Shown: positions 25,148 through 38,700, counted from the stretch's first letter. The stretch: DNA of 64,000 nt from an uncultured delta proteobacterium (GCA_963848295.1 CAWKDB010000010.1:864001-928000), one strand, 5' to 3'. Translations and numbers: made by a program. The notes: generated by a model from the sequence alone, not told the origin.

Positions 25148-26529
25148 TCAGCCCGAGATGGGCGGGGCTTGCCCTCGGCCGTCGGCACCCGCCAATGACG
25201 GCGCGGTCGGATCGAGGCGCTCGGCGAGCGCGAACAGCCGATCGCGCCGCGTGTCGATGATGTGCGCGGCCGCACGCGCGACCGCGGCGACGGGTTTCGC
25301 CGGCTGACTCGCGATGAAGCTCGACGGCATCGGACGCACCCGCCCACCAGCGCTTCGCGTGATCGACGCCCTGCATCACCGCCGCGCTGCCCACCGCGCT
25401 GTGCAAGAACGCGCCGACCGGCGACGGCTTGGTATCGAAGCTCGACTCCGACGCGCGGCCCTCCGCGAGCAAGCGATGCAACGGCGGATCGAAGTCAGCG
25501 CGCGAGCCGAGCTGCGGCAGGAACTGCTCGATCCGCTTCATGTCGCCCGCGGTCGCTTTCGCGCCGCCCATGAAGTAGTCGAGCGGCACGTCGCCACCGG
25601 TCAGCTCGGCGAGCGCCTCGACCAAGGCGATCGAGTACAGCTTCGCGCGCAGGTAGCGCACCGCGAGATCGACGTTGCCGGTCGCGCGTGCGACGCGACG
25701 CGCGTGAATCTCGGGCCGGGGCTCGTCGCCCCACGTATGAAACACGCGCTCGGCCGAGAGCGTCGCGAGGAAGCCCTCCATCTTCTGCAGCGCGAGCCGA
25801 TAGTCGCGCACGGTGTAGACCATCGGCGAGTGCAGCGCCGGGTTGCTCTCCGGCAACAGCTTCCACGTCGTGTCGAGAAAGCTCGCAGGATCGTTGTCGG
25901 CGAAGTTGCCGACGTCGCGGTTGCCGAGGCGGACGGCGCGGCGCACGATCTCGTCGACCTGCGCTGCCGGGACCGAGCGACGCGATGCGATCGTGCAGCA
26001 CCGGCACCGGATCGGCGCGAAACGGGATCGTCTGCTCGATGCACGCCGCGATCGCGATGCGCTGGGTGCGATCGAGCGCATCGGCGAGTTGGATCGACGC
26101 GACCAGCGCCGAGGCGAACTCGTTGAGCCCGGCCGTCGCGGTCACGATATCGCCGACCTTGCGGCCGAACACGGTCAGCACGTCCGCGGCTGGTGAGCTG
26201 TCACCGGCGGCCGGCAACACGCGCCAGCCTTGGCCCTCGGCGACGATCACGCGGTCGAGCTCGGCGCGCATCGACTGCGGCGGCCCCTCATCGACTTGGA
26301 TGTACACCGCGTCGTGGTACAGCGCCGCGATCACCTCGAGCGGATCGCCGTCGCGCGACAGCTCGATCACGTGGGCGTGGTTGTGGAACTCACGGCCGGG
26401 CGCCGACAGCGCCGCATGGATCGAGAAGCCCCACTGCTCGATCTCGTCAGTCGTGGCCTCGGAGCCGAGCTCGCTCAACGCGCGCCACAGCGTGGTCACT
26501 AGATCGTGGACCGGTGACCGGTGGGTCAT
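25148..26529 (-). CDS. HD-like metal-binding hypothetical protein; 2 apparent frameshifts (about 25973 and 25325)
   Basis: REFHNHAH...AALYHDAVY...NRDVGNF, continuing across three frames. Confidence 0.65.
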
Positions 26530-26658
26530 GGCGTGTTTTCGACGGTATCACGCAGGCAACGCCGTGAGACAATGGGTCATGCGCGCGATCGCGTGGTTCA
26601 CGTTCGAGGCGCGTGCACGATGCGTGACTTGTTCTCGATCGGCGATGGCTAACAAAAG

Positions 26659-27018
<360 letters not shown>

Positions 27019-27036
27019 GCGCTCAACCTAGCACGG

Positions 27037-27798
27037 TCAGGTCGCGGCGGGCAGCTGGTTGTAGACGCCGCGCCGCAAGTTGCGCCGGATCGTCAGCGCC
27101 TCGCGCACGACCTTCCACATGTCCGTGAGCGGATTGACCCGCGACCGGCGATCGTCGGTCCACTCGACGCCGACCTCGGTGATCGCGAACCCGCGACGGC
27201 GCGCGAGTGCCAGGATCTCGAGATCGAACGCCCAGCCGTCGATCCGGCCGAGCCGGAACAAGTCGCGCGCGGCCTCCGCGGTGAACGCCTTGAATCCGCA
27301 CTGGGTGTCGCGCACGCCCGGCACGAGCGAGCGCTGGATCACGCGATTTGCGAGCCGGCTCCACAGCACGCGGTACAGCGGCTGCTTGATGTCGGTCTTC
27401 GCGCCGGGTGCGTAGCGCGAGCCGATCGCGATCTCGGCTGTGCATTCGATGATCGGCGCGAGCAAGCGCGGCAGCATCTCCGGTGACATCGAGCCATCGG
27501 CGTCGCTCATCACGCGGATCTGGCCGCGCGCCGCCAGCATGCCGAGCCGGACCGCCGCGCCCTTGCCGCGATTCGGCGACTGGCGAACGAGCCGCAGGCC
27601 GGGGATCTCGCCCATCTTCGCGCACACGACGTCGATCGTGTGGTCGCTCGAGCCATCGTCGACCACGACGATCTCGTAGCGCAACCGCTGCGCCGAGAGG
27701 AACGCGTGGAGCGATGCGAGCGTCGGAACGATCCGGTGCTCCTCGTTGTACGCGGGCACGACGATCGAGAGGTCGACGAACGGCAGCAATGACGACAT
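27037..27798 (-). CDS. GT2 glycosyltransferase (polyprenol-phosphate glycosyltransferase type)
   Basis: VVPAYNEE, VDDGSSD, NRGKGAAV, DADGS, DTQCGFK and FDLE motifs; AAGGAG RBS. Confidence 0.9.
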   Translation of the reverse strand: MSSLLPFVDLSIVVPAYNEEHRIVPTLASLHAFLSAQRLRYEIVVVDDGSSDHTIDVVCAKMGEIPGLRLVRQSPNRGKGAAVRLGMLAARGQIRVMSDADGSMSPEMLPRLLAPIIECTAEIAIGSRYAPGAKTDIKQPLYRVLWSRLANRVIQRSLVPGVRDTQCGFKAFTAEAARDLFRLGRIDGWAFDLEILALARRRGFAITEVGVEWTDDRRSRVNPLTDMWKVVREALTIRRNLRRGVYNQLPAAT

Positions 27799-27809
27799 GA
27801 GGTTCTCCT

Positions 27810-28214
27810 TCACGACGGCGACGGCACGACGCGGCGCGCGGCTCTAAACACGAGCCGGCGCTGCGCCGGATAGGTCCACACGAGGAACACCGCGGCGGAG
27901 CACAGCAGCTTGCCGAGCACGTACGGCACGTGGAGATCGACCGCGACGAGCTGCATGAGCACCGCCATCAACAAGGCGGTCATGCCGGCGACCGCGCCGA
28001 ACCGAGCGAGCTGGCGCCACGTGACCTTTGCAGGGTCACGAAACGCGACGTACTTGTTCAGCGTGAAGCACACGACGGCGCCGGCCGCGCTCGCGACGAA
28101 CGCGGCGAGCGGGATCGGCGTGCCGTGCCGGACTTGCAGCACGAGCGCCGAGACGTCGACCGCGGTGGCGACGGCGCCGCCGAGGCCTGCCGTGGCGATC
28201 TCGCGTAGCTCCAT
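27810..28214 (-). CDS. GtrA-family flippase-like protein
   Basis: Four TM segments, FTLNKYVAF motif, adjacent to the GT2 gene. Confidence 0.8.
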   Translation of the reverse strand: MELREIATAGLGGAVATAVDVSALVLQVRHGTPIPLAAFVASAAGAVVCFTLNKYVAFRDPAKVTWRQLARFGAVAGMTALLMAVLMQLVAVDLHVPYVLGKLLCSAAVFLVWTYPAQRRLVFRAARRVVPSPS

Positions 28215-28227
28215 GCCCCGAGTAAAA

Positions 28228-28243
28228 AGCAGGCGATGTGCCA
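28228..28243 (-). promoter_or_regulatory. putative sigma54 -24/-12 promoter for gtrA-GT2
   Basis: Minus-strand TGGCACATCGCCTGCT with exact spacing. Confidence 0.6.
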
Positions 28244-28256
28244 TCGCGCGCAACGC

Positions 28257-28305
28257 GGCAAGCTCGTGATTGCCACCGGCACGAGTTGGCAAGCCCGCGA
28301 TTGCC
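28257..28305. promoter_or_regulatory. two palindromic GGCAA-N8-TTGCC sites 31 bp apart
   Basis: GGCAAGCTCGTGATTGCC (28257-28274) and GGCAAGCCCGCGATTGCC (28288-28305). Confidence 0.55.
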
Positions 28306-28364
28306 CGACGGTGAAGTCCTGACAGGTGGTGAGTGCGTCGGGCGCCGCTGAGGCACCTACATGC

Positions 28365-28652
28365 TTACTGGACGTCGATGACGATCTCGTTCGAGTGCGC
28401 GCCGTCGACCTCGTACGACACGCGATGCCTACCGCGCGTCACCAACAGCTTCGTCAGATCCTCCTGGTCGGTGATGACCTGATTCGGGAAGAACGAGTCG
28501 TTGCCCTCGATCGCGGTCACCGCGTGAGGGTGCGCCACGCCGTCGATCACGAGCGTGCCGAGCACGCGGCGGACCGTCGCACATGCCGGTTGCGCGATGG
28601 CTGCGCCGGCGAACGCGATCACGACCATGCCAACGACCAGGGCGCAGCGCAC
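28365..28652 (-). CDS. small secreted hypothetical protein
   Basis: Signal-like N-terminus; beta-rich remainder. Confidence 0.45.
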   Translation of the reverse strand: MRCALVVGMVVIAFAGAAIAQPACATVRRVLGTLVIDGVAHPHAVTAIEGNDSFFPNQVITDQEDLTKLLVTRGRHRVSYEVDGAHSNEIVIDVQ

Positions 28653-28697
28653 GCTGCTGACGATGTCAGACCGCCACAGGCCGTGCCAGGCGATTCG

Positions 28698-30122
28698 CTA
28701 CGGCCCGTGCACGCCGGCGTCGCTCGGCTCGTCACCGGCGGCCGAATCGTCGTCGGGCGGCGGCGCATCGTCCGGTGCGACGTCGGGATCGGGCGTGCAT
28801 TTCGGCACGCGGCGCGGCGCGATCAGATCGGTCGCGCCGGCGACCGCGAGCGCGAGCGCACCTTGCAGATCGCGCAACGTCACGCCGGCGTCGCCCGCGA
28901 TCGCGAGCCTGCGATCGGACAGCCACTCGAGCGCGACCCCGTGCTTCGCGCGTTCGAGCTCGGTCGTCGTACCGGTCGCCGCGTCGGCGACGAACACGCC
29001 CGCATTGCCCACGCCCTTCACGCAATGATCGTCGAGCTGGACGACGAACGCGATGTGCGTGCGATCGGGCGACCATGCGAGCGTGGCGCCGTCGATCAGG
29101 CCCGGGCTCGGCACCGAAACCGCACGCTTCGCGGCGCCCACGCGAATCGCGCTCGCGAGCCCGAGCGCATCCCAATCGGCGATGACGTCGGGCACGGCGC
29201 CCGGGCGCTGGCGGATCCGCGCGGTATGACCGCGCACCTCGAGCGTCGCGCCGCTGATCGGCAGCGCTGTCTTCACCGGGGTCGGCACAAGCGTACCGTC
29301 GCGATCGATCGCCCAATATCCGCCCGCGCGCAGCACGAACCCCGGCGGCTGGGTCATCCACGCGAGCTCGATCGACGCACCCGCGCCGACCGGCGTGGGA
29401 GCCACGGTATGGCCGGTCGCCAGATCGACGATGCCGACGCCGAACTGCGCGGTCGCGCTGCGTCTCGAACGCGCGCGAGTCACGTACGCGATCCGCGGCT
29501 CGCTCGGTGAGCGAAATGCGGCGACCACCGCGCCGAAGGTTCGAGTCAGGCGCAGCCAGCGCGAGCTGTCGGGATCGAACGCGTAGAGGTCGCCGCCCGC
29601 GACGACGATCAGCGCACGACCGAGGGAGGCAACGAAGGCGGCGCGATCGTGCGCGATCAACCGTTGCCACGCACCGCCGGTGTCGGTCGCGAGCCACGCT
29701 TGCAACGCCGGTTGAGCCAGGGATGCGTCACCCCACTTGCCGAAATCGCCTTCGACCGCGGTGGTCAGCGGCGCGAGCAGGTCGTCGCCGCCACCGGTCT
29801 TCTCGAGCGCGACCGCGAGCAGGTACGCCGCTTCGAGGTGCTGCGGATCGGCCGCGAGCGCTTGCCGGCACGCGATCACCACGGCTGGCCAGTTGCCTGC
29901 GGCTTCCGCGGTGCGTGCGGCGCGAAACGCCGGCTGGCCCGCTCGCTTGCGCCAACCGAAGCCGCCGAGGGTCGCGACGCCGAGCGCCCCCGCGGTCAGG
30001 TCTCGCGGAGCCGCGGTGGTCATGGCGACCCCGCTATCGCGGGGTTGCGAGGCGGTCTGCTGCGAGCCCCCACCGTGCCCGCACGCGACGAGCAGTAGTG
30101 CGAGCAGCCCACCGCGCGGCAT
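28698..30122 (-). CDS. lipoprotein with TPR-like helix pair and TolB-like beta-propeller
   Basis: LLVAC lipobox, CRQALAADPQHLEAAYLLA, LAWSPDRTHIAFV. Confidence 0.7.
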   Translation of the reverse strand: MPRGGLLALLLVACGHGGGSQQTASQPRDSGVAMTTAAPRDLTAGALGVATLGGFGWRKRAGQPAFRAARTAEAAGNWPAVVIACRQALAADPQHLEAAYLLAVALEKTGGGDDLLAPLTTAVEGDFGKWGDASLAQPALQAWLATDTGGAWQRLIAHDRAAFVASLGRALIVVAGGDLYAFDPDSSRWLRLTRTFGAVVAAFRSPSEPRIAYVTRARSRRSATAQFGVGIVDLATGHTVAPTPVGAGASIELAWMTQPPGFVLRAGGYWAIDRDGTLVPTPVKTALPISGATLEVRGHTARIRQRPGAVPDVIADWDALGLASAIRVGAAKRAVSVPSPGLIDGATLAWSPDRTHIAFVVQLDDHCVKGVGNAGVFVADAATGTTTELERAKHGVALEWLSDRRLAIAGDAGVTLRDLQGALALAVAGATDLIAPRRVPKCTPDPDVAPDDAPPPDDDSAAGDEPSDAGVHGP

Positions 30123-30196
30123 CCCTTCGGGTACCACAGCGACCGGAGAATCGCGAGGTTGCTGCACTCCCGCCAACCTGATATAGACCGCCGCCC

Positions 30197-30861
30197 GTGT
30201 CGATTTGTCGACTACCTACGCACCGCCTGCGGCGGCGCTACGCGTCGGGCGCTCGCCCGACTTGTCCGCTTGTAATGGCGCTGCTGGCGAGCTGCCAGGG
30301 TGGCCAGGCTGACCGCGCGCCGGCTTCCGCCGGCGGCGACGGCTACTCGATCGTCGTCTACGGAGCCGATGGCGAGGTCCAAGCGCGCCTGCGCCCCGGC
30401 CATCCGTGCCGCGCCGAGGTCGACGGCTTCGACGTGATCGCGGGTGGCCCTCCGTTCGTCGCCCAGCTCGGAGACGCGCGGTGGAGCGGCGCGACCGGCA
30501 GCGACGGAACGACGTTGTCCCGCGATGGCGCGCACCAGCTGCGCGTGTTTCCAGACCGCGACCGCGCCGCGCTCGGGGTGTTCGATCCGACCGGCGCCGC
30601 GATCGTCCGGTTCGACGCGACCGGCGATGGCGCGCGGGTGCGCGATGCCGGTGGCGCCCCGCTGCGCACGCTGACCAAGCGCGGTGATGCGATCGCGATC
30701 ACCGGTGGACCATCGGTGACCGGCACCGGCGACCTCATGCTCGCGGCGCTGCTGACGTCGCCCGAGCTGACGGCGGAGTCGCGCGCGTTGCTCGCGTGCG
30801 ATCGGTTGCTGGCGGGCGGCGACGCGGAAGCCACGAACGCGCGAACGGATCGAGACCGAAA

Positions 30862-30865
<4 letters not shown>
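30197..30865 (+). CDS. hypothetical lipoprotein (start uncertain)
   Basis: LLASC lipobox-like motif; stop overlaps the typA start. Confidence 0.6.
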
Positions 30866-32694
<1,829 letters not shown>

Positions 32695-32714
32695 ATAGCT
32701 GCCGGCTCGTAGTT

Positions 32715-33056
32715 CTACAGCGGCGGCGCGCCGCTACCGCTCGCTGCCTTGGCGCACGCGGCGAGCTGGTGCAGGACTTCGGTCGCCTTCGCCTGCTCCG
32801 CGTCGTCGAGGTCGAAGCTCTTGACGTCCTTCGGGTCGTGACCTTCGGCGTTGCCCCACGCCGCCATCTTGTCGGCAGCGGCGGCCTCGCAGCCGGCGTC
32901 ATGACAGCTGCACATGTCGTCGCGAAACTCGGTGAGCTTCAAGACGACGCCGTTGCTGGCCGCGGTGTCGTCGACCAGGATCGGCCGGTCCGGCGGAGGC
33001 TTGTTCGCGCCGCACGCGACCACGACGGCGAGCACTGCCGCGGTCAGCGCGGTCAC
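32715..33056 (-). CDS. small Cys-containing helical lipoprotein
   Basis: VVAC lipobox and FRDDMCSCHDAGC; GTG overlaps the upstream stop. Confidence 0.65.
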   Translation of the reverse strand: MTALTAAVLAVVVACGANKPPPDRPILVDDTAASNGVVLKLTEFRDDMCSCHDAGCEAAAADKMAAWGNAEGHDPKDVKSFDLDDAEQAKATEVLHQLAACAKAASGSGAPPL

Positions 33057-33358
33057 GACCGGGCTTTCGCGCGTGGTTGCACGACGCGGACGTCGAACAT
33101 GAAGTGCGCGACGCGATCGACGTCGGTCCCCACCCGGCAAAGGGTCGCGCCCGGCGCCAGACCTTTGACGACAAACACGTTGGAATCGCCGCGGGTGACG
33201 AGCCGAGCGTCGATGAACGTCGTGTCGTCGCAGATGAGCCCGCGTGCGTAGCCGACGTCTACCTCGACGGTCTTGCCGACGGTGATTTCGAGCCGCGTCG
33301 GGTCGGCGTGTGCGGTGGCCGCGACGAGCAACGCGGCGATCGCAAATACGCGGCTCAC
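33053..33358 (-). CDS. small secreted Ig-like protein (pilus-formation N-terminal-like)
   Basis: Signal ending AHA, LEITVGKTV...VKGLAPGAT pattern. Confidence 0.6.
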   Translation of the reverse strand: MSRVFAIAALLVAATAHADPTRLEITVGKTVEVDVGYARGLICDDTTFIDARLVTRGDSNVFVVKGLAPGATLCRVGTDVDRVAHFMFDVRVVQPRAKARS

Positions 33359-33397
33359 GACGACAGCGTAGCTCCGGCGCGCGCTGCGGGCCAGATC

Positions 33398-33913
33398 TCA
33401 CGTCGGGTCACGCAGATCGAGGAGCAGGTGGTGCTCATCGACGTACGTATCGCCGACCTTGAGTGCGCGCGGCTCGGTGCCGAACACGACGAAGCCGAGC
33501 GAGCGGTAGAGCGCACGTGCCGGCGCTTGCGGCACAGCGACGCTGACCAGGATCTGCTCGAGCGACGAGTCGCGCTTCGCGCCATCGATCAGGTACGACA
33601 TCAGGGCGCGAGCGAGCCCGCGCCGACGATGGCTCGCGGCGACGTACATGCCGTAGATGCCGCCCTTGTGGCGGTCCTTCCCACCGAATTCGCGTCTGAA
33701 CGTCGCGATCCCGACGAGGATGTCGTCGTCGAACGCCCCGGCGGTGACCTGATCGGGCGATGTGTCGCGGAACCGCGCCGCGATCGTCTCGACCCGAGTC
33801 ATCCGGTGCTCGTCGGCAGACTTGCCGAAAGCGAGGGGCTCGGTCTCGAGCGCGGTGAGGCGGATGGCCCACCACGCGCCCGCATCGGCCTCGCCCAGAT
33901 CGCGAACGTGCAT
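33398..33913 (-). CDS. GNAT family N-acetyltransferase
   Basis: MYVAASHRRRGLARALM and ARALYRSLGF motifs. Confidence 0.9.
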   Translation of the reverse strand: MHVRDLGEADAGAWWAIRLTALETEPLAFGKSADEHRMTRVETIAARFRDTSPDQVTAGAFDDDILVGIATFRREFGGKDRHKGGIYGMYVAASHRRRGLARALMSYLIDGAKRDSSLEQILVSVAVPQAPARALYRSLGFVVFGTEPRALKVGDTYVDEHHLLLDLRDPT

Positions 33914-33938
33914 GTCGGCGACAGTACCGCGAGTGGTC

Positions 33939-34631
33939 CTACGCCGCGAGTTGCGTCGCGGCCGTCGCGTCGATCACCACGACGGCGCGCTCCGCGACTT
34001 CGGTCCAGTGGTCGGAGTCGGTGAGCGGCTCGCTGGCGACGAACGAGACGCCGTCGCGATGGGCGAAGAACAGCGTGCGACCGAGGCGGTGCGCGAACAG
34101 CCGAGCGCCACCCGACAACAAGAACGTGGCCGAGCCGAGTCCGGCGATCGCGTGGAGCGCGCGTACCGCGCTGGCGACGCCGCGTGCAACATCGCCCGCT
34201 TCGTCGATCCGCGTGAGCACGAACGCGAACAAGCGCTCGCTGTCGGTAGAGCCCTCGATCGCGGCGATGTGCTCGGGTGCGGTGCGCCCGATCAGCTCCG
34301 CGAGTGCGGGCTCCGCGACCGTGCCGTTATGCGCGAACACGAAGTGGCCGTGACGGAACGGATGCGAGTTCGCGATCGCGAGCTCGCCGACCGTCCTCTT
34401 GCGAACGTGCGCGATGACGAGCGTCGCGCCGAAATCCATCGTCGCGTATTGGGTGCAGCGCGCGGCGCAGGTCGTGCGTCGGTGCACCACCCAGTCGTCG
34501 CCTTGACGGAGCGCGACGCCCCAGCCATCGGCGTGCTCTTGCGATAGCGCGCGCAAGCTTCGCGGCGCGTCGTACAGCAAGTCGCGCACCGACGTCGGCG
34601 CCGCTGCGGCCATTCCAAGCATCCGGCACAT
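33939..34631 (-). CDS. class II glutamine amidotransferase (YafJ/EgtC-like)
   Basis: N-terminal MCRMLG, HADGWG, AHVRK, NSHPF, HNG, TDSE and ASEP motifs. Confidence 0.88.
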   Translation of the reverse strand: MCRMLGMAAAAPTSVRDLLYDAPRSLRALSQEHADGWGVALRQGDDWVVHRRTTCAARCTQYATMDFGATLVIAHVRKRTVGELAIANSHPFRHGHFVFAHNGTVAEPALAELIGRTAPEHIAAIEGSTDSERLFAFVLTRIDEAGDVARGVASAVRALHAIAGLGSATFLLSGGARLFAHRLGRTLFFAHRDGVSFVASEPLTDSDHWTEVAERAVVVIDATAATQLAA

Positions 34632-34758
34632 ACCGCGTCAGGATATCCGACGCGCGATCGCGCGCGAGTATTCAATCACGGCGCGCCCGATCGATCGGGT
34701 GCCTGTGGCGCTCTTTGCCCCTATTGACCGCGTTCCAATACGGCGTACGATGCCGCGC

Positions 34759-35736
34759 ATGAGGGGACCTGTCGCGATCGCCGCGCTTGGTATCGCCGCG
34801 TGCAGCTCGCACCTGTCGAGCATCGACCCCGACGCGATCGCGGCGACCACCGACGGCACCGTGCTGGCCGACGCCGCACCACACGGCCCGTATCCGATCG
34901 TGCTCGCCCACGGTTTGTTCGGCTTCGATTCGATCGGCCCGCTCGATTATTTCTACGGCATCCCGGCCGCGCTCGAAGCGAACGGTCGCACGGTGTTCAC
35001 GCCTCGGGTCGATGCCGTGCAATCGGCCGAGATTCGCGGCGCTCAGCTCGTGACCGCGATCGAAGCGGCGCGCGCACAGACCGGTGCGGCGAAGGTCATC
35101 GTGATCGGCCACTCGCAGGGCGGCATCGATGCGCGGTGGGCCGCGTGGGACGATCCCGATGCGGTCGCCGCGGTCGTCACGATCGCAACTCCGCATCGCG
35201 GCAGCCCGGTCGCCGACGTCGCCGAGGCGATCGCGCCCGGCGACTCGACCGCCGCGCTCAGCGCGCTCGCTGATCTGTTCGGGCTCTCGACCTCCGGGTC
35301 GAGCTCGAGCTTCGAGGGCGCGCTCGACTCGCTGACGACCTCGGGCTCCGCGATCTTCAACTCCACCGTGCTCGACGTCCCGGGCATCCCGTACTTCTCG
35401 GTCGCCGGTCGGTCGGCGCTCGCTGGATCGGATGCCTGCCCACCGGCCGCGCAACCGTTCATGGCGACGTGGGACAGCAGCCGCAATCCGCTGGGCATCG
35501 AGCTCCTGCCGGTCGCCGGCATCCTCGCGGCCGCGGAGTTGCCGGAGACGCCGACCCAGGATGGGCTCGTCACGGTCGACTCGGCGCAGTGGGGTACGTT
35601 CCTAGGCTGCATTCCCGCCGATCATCTCGACGAGGTCTGTCAGATCGCCGGCGAGTCGCCCGGGCTCGGCAACGACTTCGATTGCCTCGCGTTCTGGAGC
35701 GACCTCGAGCAGTTCCTGCGAGCGCAAGGCCTCTAG
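34759..35736 (+). CDS. triacylglycerol lipase (family I-like), lipoprotein
   Basis: IAAC lipobox, YPIVLAHGLFGF, GHSQGG, TPHRGS, DGLV and DHLDEV motifs. Confidence 0.9.
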   Translation: MRGPVAIAALGIAACSSHLSSIDPDAIAATTDGTVLADAAPHGPYPIVLAHGLFGFDSIGPLDYFYGIPAALEANGRTVFTPRVDAVQSAEIRGAQLVTAIEAARAQTGAAKVIVIGHSQGGIDARWAAWDDPDAVAAVVTIATPHRGSPVADVAEAIAPGDSTAALSALADLFGLSTSGSSSSFEGALDSLTTSGSAIFNSTVLDVPGIPYFSVAGRSALAGSDACPPAAQPFMATWDSSRNPLGIELLPVAGILAAAELPETPTQDGLVTVDSAQWGTFLGCIPADHLDEVCQIAGESPGLGNDFDCLAFWSDLEQFLRAQGL

Positions 35737-38700
35737 AGCGACGCGTCGAGCACGGCGCGGAACTCGGGGTCGCCGAGATACTTCGCGAAGTCGCCGTCGG
35801 TCTCGAACTGTGCGGGGCTCTTGCCGAGCTCGAGCGAGCGCTTCGTGAACCGCAGCATGCGCTCGCGGTCGCCTCGACTCGCGTACAGGCAGGCGAGGTT
35901 GAACGCGAGGATGTCCCACTCGACCTGCTCGGGGATCAGCGGCGTCAGCGCGGCGACCGCGGACTCGTCCTTGGAGTTGATCGCGATCCCGATCAGCTGG
36001 GCGAGCACGCGCTCGAGGATCTTGCCGCGCAGCTGCAGCTTCGACAGATCGCGTGCGAGCTGGCAGAACTGCGGCCACAGGTCCTCGTGGTCGGCGTTCT
36101 GCCCGAGGTCGTCGGCGAGGCCGCGCAGGTTGTCCTTGTCGTCGCGCACGGGCCGGACGTAGCCGTCGCAGGAAGCGAGCAACGCGATCGCGACGCCGAG
36201 CTTCTCGCGATCGAAGTGACCGAGGCGTGCGAGCGCCGCGGTGACCTCGCGCGCCCGGCCTTCCGCCGCGGTGATGCCGTCGAGCTCGTTCGCCCACGCG
36301 TGTAACGGCGCGCACTGCGCGGCTACGCGCTCGGCGACCGCAGCCATCGCGCGCTCGGTCTCCGGCGTCTCCGGCTCGTCGTTCCAGCGATTGCTCGCGC
36401 GCTCGATCTCGCCGACGCTCTTGGTCCGAAGCTTCAGCACCTCGTCGCGCAGGCGGTTCGCGATGTCGTGCGGCGCCATGCCGAGCTCGCCGACGATGGA
36501 GCGCCCGATCAGACCTGACCGACCCGCGAGCGCGATCGCCTCGCCGAGCCCGCCATCGTGACCGAGCTCGCGCCACAGTCCGAGCAACGTGCGCAGCGCC
36601 GTCGCGTCGAGGCCATCGCACTTGTTCGCGTTCCACAGCGCGCCTTGCAGATCCTTCTTCGCGTCGCGCTTCGGCAGCGCCGCCATCGTCGCGAGCGCGG
36701 CGCTCACTCGCGCCGACTGCTCCGACTTGAGCTCCGCTTCGAGTGCCGTGCGCGCGCGCATCGCCGCGAGCTTGTCCTCGACGCGCGCCCGCACCTGCGT
36801 CAGCATCGCCTTCGCGCCGGCATCCTCGAGGGTCGAGAACGACTCGAACAACTGCGCTGCTTGGTCCTCGTCGCCGTATTGCCCGACGTAGTCGATGTAC
36901 TTCTCGAGTCGCTTGGCGACCGCTTCGCGATCCTCCCCCCGGCTGCGCTCGAGCGCGGGCGCGAACAACGAGCTCATCTGGTCCTCACCGAAGTGGCCGT
37001 CGCTGCACCACGCGACCAGTCGAGCGAGCGCCTTGCCGCCGAGCTGGGGCAGCACGTCTTCGATCAGCCGATCCTGCGCGTAGTCCTCGAAGAACCGATG
37101 GCCGGTGTCGTAGTACTCGTTCGCGTGCTCGAACGCCTCGACGAGCAGGAGCTGAGCCTCGTCGTCGCCGCGCTTCGCGACCTCTTGCGCGGTTCGTACC
37201 GCAGCGTCGTAGTCGTCGTTCGTGGTGTGGAACGTGATGCGGAACGTGCGCGCGAGCACCTTCGGCGAGAGCCGCGCGCCGTGGCGCGCGAGCGCGGCGT
37301 CGAGCGGCGGCAAGGCACGACTCGGTTTCACGCGGGCGGACGCCTTGATCTCGCCGTCATCGTCGTCGTCCGCCTCGCCGTCATCAGCTTCGTCGCCGTC
37401 GTCATCGACTTCGTCGTCATCGCGCTTCGCCGCCGGTGGCACGGGGCCGAGCCCGAGCGCAGCGCCAATCGCCGACTGATCTCTGGTCGATGACGCGATC
37501 GCCCAGGTCGCGAGCTGCTCGAGCGCGGTCTCGACCACCGACAGTTGCGAGGAATCGAGCATGCCGATGATGTCGCCGACCGGCGGCAGCGCGCGCAAAG
37601 CGGCGCGTTGTTTGTACTGCTCGAGCACCTCGTCGGCGGCGGCGAGCTCGACGTCGAGCGCGTAGACCGCCTCGAGGTTCTTCGATTCAATCCTCGAGAC
37701 ATCCAGCTTGTTCAGCGCCGGTAGCGCGCGCAACGCGTCGAGCGACTCCGGCCGGCACGACGCGAGGTCGAGCTCGCGCAGCTTCGTCAGCTTTGCGAGC
37801 GGCGACAAATCTCGCACGCGATCGCATTGCTCGAGGCTCAGCACCTCGAGCTCGACCAAGCCGGCGAGTGGCTCGAGCGTCGTCATCCCGGACCACTCGA
37901 GGCGCAGCTCGCGCAGCTTCTCGAGCGGCGCGATCGGCGCGAGATCGAACACACCGCACTGGCCGAGTGCGAGCACCTCGAGCCCGGTCATCTGCGACAG
38001 CACGCGGGGCAGCGGCTTGAGCTTGTCGATGTCGTCGAACCGCGACAGCAGCGCACCGCTATTGAGGGCGCCGGCCAGGTCGAGCTCGCGCAGCCGCGTC
38101 AGGTTCGCGAAGCTCGCGGGCAGCCCCGAGACGTGACCGCTGATCTTCAGCACCTCAAGCCCGCGCAGCGCGCCGACGACCTCGGGGATCGCGCGATCGG
38201 GTAGATCGCCGAGCTCGAGCGCGCGCAGCGCCGGCAGCTTCGCGAGCGCGGCCGGCAGCGTCTTGATCGGGCACGACAGGCACAGCCGCTCGAGGCGTGC
38301 GAGCTCGGCGATCTCGGCCAGAACCTCGCCGACAACCTCGCCGCCGCCTTGCGCCCCGCCGGTCACCCACAGCTCGCGCAACCGCGGGAGCTTCGCCGCG
38401 ACCGTGCCCAGGCTGCGCGTGAGGTCGCTCGCCTCGAACCGCAGCTGCTCGAGCTTCGGGAGCGCTGCTAGCGCTGCGAGATCGTCGACGAGCGTGCGCA
38501 GCGCCAGCGAGACGAGATGCGCGAGACCGCCGAGCTCGGGCAGCACGCCGGTCGTGCCGATGACCTCGAGTCGCTGCAACGCCGGTAACGCCCCGGCGAT
38601 CGCGCGCAGGTCCATCTCGAGCGTCTCGGTCCGGAGCTCGAGCTCGACGAGCGTGCGCGGCCACGCGACCTTCGAACAATCGGCGCCCGCGAGATCGAGC

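Noticed and set aside
23667..26081. 804-aa ORF suggesting an HD-protein/lipase fusion
   Set aside because: Created by a frameshift; the lipase has its own signal peptide and lipobox at 25076.
22810..26600. tRNA-anchored integrative element
   Set aside because: No integrase, no duplicated tRNA 3' end noticed, and no compositional shift.
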